From IMG/VR virus record IMGVR_UViG_3300046777_001244, positions 1 through 40,104 of that record: a DNA stretch of 40,104 nt. One strand, given 5' to 3'. The notes under the pieces were generated by a model, which saw nothing but the letters and a program-made list of their open reading frames with translations, had not been told where the DNA came from and did not search any database. Each line of letters starts with the position of its first letter. Within the stretch, counting starts at the first letter, position 1. Shown here piece by piece: positions 35,952 through 40,104 of the stretch. Source of the DNA: a virus (lineage: Duplodnaviria; Caudoviricetes). The translations under genes and the position numbers were made by a program.

Positions 35952-37415
35952 TTGAAACTAGAACTGAGAGAGGCGCAAGTCCGCGCCATTGAGCTACTGC
36001 GAGAAGGCTTTGCACAAGGCCACCGCTCTCAAATACTTGCCGCGCCTGTAGGTTTTGGGAAGACTGAAGTAGCTATTGCCTTGCTTGAAGCGGCAAAAAA
36101 AAAGGGCACAAGATCATCAATGATCCTTGACCGCATAGTTCTTTGCGATCAAACGTCTCAGCGCCTTGATAAGTACGGTATTGACCACGGCGTACTCCAG
36201 TCAGGACATTGGCGCTACAGGCCCAGCGAATACATACAGGTGTGCTCCGCGCAAACCTTGGAAGCAAGGGGCTCTGTACCCGATACCAAGCTGCTTATCA
36301 TCGATGAATGCCATTGCTCCCGCAAAGCCACCAACGACCTCATAAAGAATAACCCGCACATTAAAGTTGTCGGGTTATCTGCAACCCCGCTAACCAAGGG
36401 GCTTGGAAAGATTTATTCCAATGTGATTAACCCAATCACAACGAAAGAACTGGTTGAGAAAAAGCTACTTACCCCGCTAAAAGTATTTATCTCCAAGGAG
36501 ATTGATATGAAAGGGGCAAAGAAAGTAGCGGGAGAATGGTCAGATGCAGAGGCTTCTTCAAGGGCGATGAAAATCGTTGGTGATGTAGTTGCCGAATGGG
36601 TAAAGAAGACTCACGAAATATACGGCAAGCCTGTCAAAACAATCGTGTTCTGTGCTGGCGTTGAGCACGGTGCAGAGTTAGCTAGTAGGTTCCGTGAGCA
36701 AGGATACAACTTCGTAAGTATTTCGTACAGAGATGACGATCAGTTTAAGAAGGACGTCATTGAAGACTTCTCAAAACCTGATACAGAGATACACGGTATC
36801 TGCGCCGTAGACATACTTACCAAAGGTTTCTCGGTTGACGATGTGCATATCGGAATATCTGCCAGACCATTCTCAAAGTCTTTGTCATCGCATATTCAGC
36901 AAATGGGCAGGGTTATGCGGACGCATAGCACCAAACAATTTGCAACGTGGCTTGATTTTTCGGGAAACTATTTAAGGTTCAGAGAAGACTGGGAGAAGAT
37001 ATACGAAAGCGGTATTGATGAGCTTGATGACAAGGGGGAGAAGGCTAAGAAAGAACCCGACGAGAAGGAGAAGAAAGAAGCAAAGTGCCCCGCCTGCGGA
37101 GCCCTGTGGCCGCGTGGTTCAGATACTTGCTTGAACTGCGGGCATGAGAGGGAGCGTAAGAGTGCTGTCGTATCTGTACCCGGCCAGATGGAAGAACTGG
37201 GCTCCATGTCCCGAGACGACAAACAGGCATGGTGGAGCATGGGTCAATACATGGTGCAGTCTGGATCGTGGTCAGACAAGCGTGCTCTTGCGATTTACCG
37301 CGAGAAATTTGGTGTGTGGCCCCGTGGTCTGCATGCCACCCCGTTACCGCCGACACGGGCATTTGAGAGCTTCGCAATCAAGAGCATCAGGAAGTACCTG
37401 AAGGGCAAGCGATGA
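35952..37415 (+). CDS. Superfamily 2 DEAD/DEAH-box helicase with Zn finger
   Basis: APVGFGKT, DECH, LSATP, QQMGRVMR, CPAC..CLNC. Confidence 0.92.
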   Translation: MKLELREAQVRAIELLREGFAQGHRSQILAAPVGFGKTEVAIALLEAAKKKGTRSSMILDRIVLCDQTSQRLDKYGIDHGVLQSGHWRYRPSEYIQVCSAQTLEARGSVPDTKLLIIDECHCSRKATNDLIKNNPHIKVVGLSATPLTKGLGKIYSNVINPITTKELVEKKLLTPLKVFISKEIDMKGAKKVAGEWSDAEASSRAMKIVGDVVAEWVKKTHEIYGKPVKTIVFCAGVEHGAELASRFREQGYNFVSISYRDDDQFKKDVIEDFSKPDTEIHGICAVDILTKGFSVDDVHIGISARPFSKSLSSHIQQMGRVMRTHSTKQFATWLDFSGNYLRFREDWEKIYESGIDELDDKGEKAKKEPDEKEKKEAKCPACGALWPRGSDTCLNCGHERERKSAVVSVPGQMEELGSMSRDDKQAWWSMGQYMVQSGSWSDKRALAIYREKFGVWPRGLHATPLPPTRAFESFAIKSIRKYLKGKR

Positions 37416-38230
37416 AGTTTCTAGACTTCTGCCGTGCCCACGGCATCCTTATTGACCATCTTCCTCCTGTCGGCCTGTGGAGGAGGTATCCCACCGAGGA
37501 CAAGCCGCGCCACAAGAACGGAGCAGTCAAGTGGATGCTTGACCACGGCTTCGTCCAAAACCACGCCACGGAGGTAACAGTTTCCGTCTGGAGACCTGAC
37601 GAGCCCGTAAAAATTAACAGGCGAGACCTAGCCGAGCAGGCCCGCAGAGCAGAGCAGGATACTCTGCGCAGGCAAGCTGAGGCGGCCAAGAAAGCAGCTT
37701 GGATACTTCACCAATGTCAGTACGCATCTCATCCATATCTCAAGGCCAAGGGCTTTCCCGATGAGGTTGGAAATGTTTGGGTTAGGGAAGGTGAGCATCT
37801 GCTGGTGATCCCCATGAGAATTGGGCAGAGGCTGGTGGGTGTCCAACTGATCGACGCTGCGGGCGGCAAGAAATTCTTGAGCGGTCAGGTCACAGGCGGC
37901 GCGGAGTACGTGATAGATAACCGAGGCCCGCACTTTTTGGCAGAAGGTTTTGCCACGGCCTTGAGCCTGCGGATGATCCTCAAAAATTGGAAGCGCAGGT
38001 ACACCATCCATGTGTGCTTCAGCGCAGGGAACATGCTCAAGATCGCCCAGACCTTGCCAGGGGGCTACGTCATAGCAGATCACGATGCCTCAGGGACCGG
38101 GGAGCGGGTAGCCCGTGAGATAGGCTGGCCGTTCTGGATGTCTGACAAGATAGGCGACTGCAACGACCATCACCTGCGGGAAGGGCTTTTCAGGACGGGG
38201 CAGTCAGTGCTGCGGGCTCTCAAAATTTAG
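37412..38230 (+). CDS. DNA primase, TOPRIM domain
   Basis: HPYL..KG, VQLID..GGKKFL, AEGFATA, ADHD, DCND. Confidence 0.85.
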   Translation: MKFLDFCRAHGILIDHLPPVGLWRRYPTEDKPRHKNGAVKWMLDHGFVQNHATEVTVSVWRPDEPVKINRRDLAEQARRAEQDTLRRQAEAAKKAAWILHQCQYASHPYLKAKGFPDEVGNVWVREGEHLLVIPMRIGQRLVGVQLIDAAGGKKFLSGQVTGGAEYVIDNRGPHFLAEGFATALSLRMILKNWKRRYTIHVCFSAGNMLKIAQTLPGGYVIADHDASGTGERVAREIGWPFWMSDKIGDCNDHHLREGLFRTGQSVLRALKI

Positions 38231-38246
38231 GGGTACCAAGCATCCT

Positions 38247-38293
38247 CAACTGGTGTAAGCCCTATGTTGCTATCAGGTAGGATGGTGTAAGAT
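38247..38293 (+). promoter_or_regulatory. Putative promoter sharing ATCAGGTAGGAT spacer motif
   Basis: TTGCTA..TGTAAGAT with ATCAGGTAGGAT identical to - strand 32129-32140; CAACT..CCCTA upstream. Confidence 0.55.
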
Positions 38294-38305
38294 GGATGTA
38301 GACAG

Positions 38306-38601
38306 ACAGGAGAAATGATGAAGACGACTGTTTACACGGTGCATGCCTACCGATGGGGCGACCATGAGTGCAACAGCTACATCGTGGGCGTGTATTCCGA
38401 GGCTCACGCAGCACTCAAGGCTGCCGAAGTTGAAGAGGACTACAGAGGCGGGAAATACTCGTGCGAAGTACTGGAATGGACTTTAGACAGCGGCATGGAA
38501 GGCAACCACGATACCGTGCACGCGCCGAAGACCGTGAGGCCACTTGTCAAGTTTTCTCAAAAGATACGGAACGTGAAATAAGCACACAGGAGAAATGATG
38601 A
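38306..38601 (+). repeat. 16-bp direct repeats (RBS plus start) flanking a gene
   Basis: ACAGGAGAAATGATGA at 38306 and 38586. Confidence 0.85.
38315..38581 (+). CDS. Conserved phage protein (AYRWG..SY.VG..RGGKY family)
   Basis: Strong RBS; recognisable motif. Confidence 0.7.
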   Translation: MMKTTVYTVHAYRWGDHECNSYIVGVYSEAHAALKAAEVEEDYRGGKYSCEVLEWTLDSGMEGNHDTVHAPKTVRPLVKFSQKIRNVK

Positions 38602-38969
38602 CCAAGGATAACTGCCCCGATGGGTCCGCGTTGAGCGAGGGGTTAGGCGCCGACGCTTGGGCGATGGCGCGCTTGGCCCGAATGACGCTATGGCTGGCCT
38701 ACTGCTGGAACGACCACAACTTCCAGAAGCGGCCCGACCAGTACGCACGGGAGTGCGCCAAGGAACTCGGCATCGCGGGCTTTGAGGACGCGAACGACTG
38801 GCTGCAAGGCGTGAAGGTCGAGAACCCGCGCCGCACGCTGCCGGCACTGCCTGCCGCGAAGGTGCTGGCAAGCGGCACGATCAGCGGCAAGCGCGTGGAA
38901 CTGAAGGGCTGGCATGAGGACGACCTGAAAGCGTGGGCCGAGAAACACGGCTTCGCCTTCGGGGCCTAA
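38595..38969 (+). CDS. Cassette-derived hypothetical protein (AYCWNDHNF motif)
   Basis: Reads through attC remnant (SALSEGLG); stop inside GCCTAAC. Confidence 0.7.
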   Translation: MMTKDNCPDGSALSEGLGADAWAMARLARMTLWLAYCWNDHNFQKRPDQYARECAKELGIAGFEDANDWLQGVKVENPRRTLPALPAAKVLASGTISGKRVELKGWHEDDLKAWAEKHGFAFGA

Positions 38970-38981
38970 CGTGAAATAGGC
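38629..38981 (-). mobile_element. Solo integron-type cassette with degraded attC
   Basis: GTTAGGCGCCGA (38642) vs TCGGGGCCTAAC (38959) 11/12 complementary; - strand GCCTAAC-CCCTC-GCT[C]AACGCGG[A]CCC. Confidence 0.75.
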
Positions 38982-38997
38982 CGCTTCGTGCGGCCTA
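38977..38997. other. Perfect hairpin between convergent genes; part of landing-site motif copy 3
   Basis: TAGGCCGC-TTCGT-GCGGCCTA. Confidence 0.7.
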
Positions 38998-39001
38998 ACT
39001 T

Positions 39002-39193
39002 CTAGTGCTTCCCCGCTGACAGCGTGGGCATGTCCACCTTGAAAACCTCGGGGTGCTGCATTTCCAAGTACGACAGATGCCCCAAAATTTGCAGGCCGAG
39101 GGACAGAACTTGCTCGTCCTGGCCCACGGCATCAGATCGGATGGAGATCCGACCGTCCTCTTGGATGAGGGTGATGTTTACTACGGTGGTCAA
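39002..39193 (-). CDS. Hypothetical protein
   Basis: TTG start coupled to upstream TGA. Confidence 0.55.
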   Translation of the reverse strand: MTTVVNITLIQEDGRISIRSDAVGQDEQVLSLGLQILGHLSYLEMQHPEVFKVDMPTLSAGKH

Positions 39194-39354
39194 TTGCAGG
39201 TCACATCGCACCGACGAAGAGCCCCACTTCCATAGCAGCACTCAGAGCAGTAAACGGTTCGCCCATTCATCGTCATTGTGAAGTACCGACAGGTGTAGGC
39301 CAGGGCAGCAGTGGCGAAAAGGGTAGCGGCGAGGAAAGCGACAGTTTTCTTCAC
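39190..39354 (-). CDS. Small secreted Cys-rich protein
   Basis: GTG start after CAGGAG; signal peptide KKTVAFL..ALA; six Cys in ~35-aa mature part. Confidence 0.7.
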   Translation of the reverse strand: MKKTVAFLAATLFATAALAYTCRYFTMTMNGRTVYCSECCYGSGALRRCDVTCN

Positions 39355-39414
39355 GGGATTCTCCTGTTTGCCGAAATGGCGGTGAATGGTGCCATGCCTT
39401 AGCGGATGGCGCAA

Positions 39415-39434
39415 TACTGTGAATTTTTACAGTG
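39415..39434. promoter_or_regulatory. LexA (SOS) box
   Basis: TA-CTGT-GAATTTTT-ACAG-TG. Confidence 0.75.
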
Positions 39435-39823
39435 TCGGAAACTACAGACGGACTACCTCTTACCCATGAAGCCTGCCTGCCCGATTCCGGGGAACTTTAC
39501 AGCTTCACAGACCCTTTACCAGAACCGCCTGCCACGTTTTTACGGTGACTTATGGGGCGTACTCATCTGCCTACAGCATCCCGGACGACGGGCTTCGCTA
39601 GTCTTTCGTCCGTTACTCCTCCGAGGAGGTTGGTCGCTGTCCGCTGGCTTTAATCCTGCTCATCACAGGGTTCTGTATATCCCTTTGGCTTTCGCTACTT
39701 GGGCGTGCGGGTGCATCACACGGGGTGCTAGGCATAACCCTCCTAGCCAGTGCCATACATGGCTTGCCGTATTTCCTTCCGCGCTGCCTACGAAGGCACT
39801 TGCTATCGTGCGGAGTACGGGCG

Positions 39824-39936
39824 AAAAAAAACCGCTAGAACAGACCCCGGTGGCAACTTCCCTGAGAGGGAGTACCCCATGCGGGGTCGGAGTCTGATCT
39901 AGCGGCTCTCTCTGCTCGTTGCCACACAAGCAGATG
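39824..39936 (-). ncRNA. c4-like antisense RNA with upstream target hairpin and terminator
   Basis: Main stem CCGCTAGA/TCTAGCGG, two minor hairpins, unpaired GTTGCCAC complementary to upstream GTGGCAAC, T8 tail. Confidence 0.75.
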
Positions 39937-39942
39937 GGCAGG

Positions 39943-39971
39943 ATTATAGATCAGTCCTTTGAGTGGTGCAA
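39943..39971 (-). promoter_or_regulatory. Strong sigma70 promoter
   Basis: TTGCAC-17-TATAAT. Confidence 0.8.
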
Positions 39972-39983
39972 GTGGGTAGTCGT

Positions 39984-40006
39984 AAAAAAGCCCGCCGAAG
40001 CGGGCT
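39984..40006 (-). terminator. Rho-independent terminator
   Basis: AGCCCGC-TTCG-GCGGGCT followed by T run on - strand. Confidence 0.85.
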
Positions 40007-40009
40007 GGT

Positions 40010-40104
40010 TCATGCTTCGATCAACTTTTCCAGAAGTCCGCAGGGGTCGAAGGTTTCCCACGCCTTCGCCCACGCCGCCCGCCCAGCCGCATACGCCGCC
40101 AAGG
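40010..40104 (-). CDS. 3' end of a gene truncated by the window edge (Ala/Trp-rich)
   Basis: ..AAWAKAWETFDPCGLLEKLIEA* followed by terminator. Confidence 0.55.
   Translation of the reverse strand, partial: LAAYAAGRAAWAKAWETFDPCGLLEKLIEA

Noticed and set aside
36095-36103. A9 run in the helicase as a frameshift or phase-variation site
   Set aside because: Frame is intact (AKKKG) and nothing useful appears in alternative frames
38688-38948. - strand 86-aa ORF as the canonically oriented cassette gene
   Set aside because: No clear RBS; the + strand ORF has a better protein-like sequence and stops inside the core site; not formally excluded
39440-39823. Group II intron or hammerhead ribozyme
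   Set aside because: No GUGYG start with domain V, and no CUGANGA/GAAA core with proper stems found by eye
1-40104. Integron integrase, phage integrase, terminase, capsid, tRNA genes
   Set aside because: No tyrosine/serine recombinase, terminase or capsid motifs or tRNA cloverleaf recognised; they may lie outside the window

Overview
About 40 kb of a tailed dsDNA phage or prophage with a podovirus-like virion, probably infecting a betaproteobacterium (inference). The + strand arm 1-16.8 kb holds a lysis cassette (holin, GH19 endolysin), tail tube/stabilisation protein, putative ejection proteins and a 2301-aa polyvalent internal protein with HExxH and ADP-ribosyltransferase-like modules. The - strand arm 16.8-32.1 kb is a dense run of small early genes: PAPS-reductase-like, RepL-like HTH, SSB, Rad52/Sak-like annealase, PD-(D/E)XK exonuclease and many mosaic mini-genes built from shared modules. 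The + strand arm 32.2-39 kb carries a ParB-like protein, SF2 helicase and primase, interrupted by accessory genes. Most striking is an integrase-less integron-type cassette system in this arm. It has a three-cassette array with two intact attC sites (34485-35425), a solo cassette (38629-38981) and a relic (32201-32806). The ORFs are inverted relative to canonical attC polarity, the three array cassettes share a CCGAAGCGA leader, and each locus ends in a short AAC-GTG..-TAGGC landing-site-like motif. Also seen: two LexA boxes, a repeated promoter/operator motif, a candidate anti-Shine-Dalgarno sRNA (26414-26489), a c4-like antisense RNA (39824-39936) followed by a hairpin-rich non-coding tract, and many genes bracketed by short direct repeats. 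All calls come from reading motifs by eye; no searches were run.
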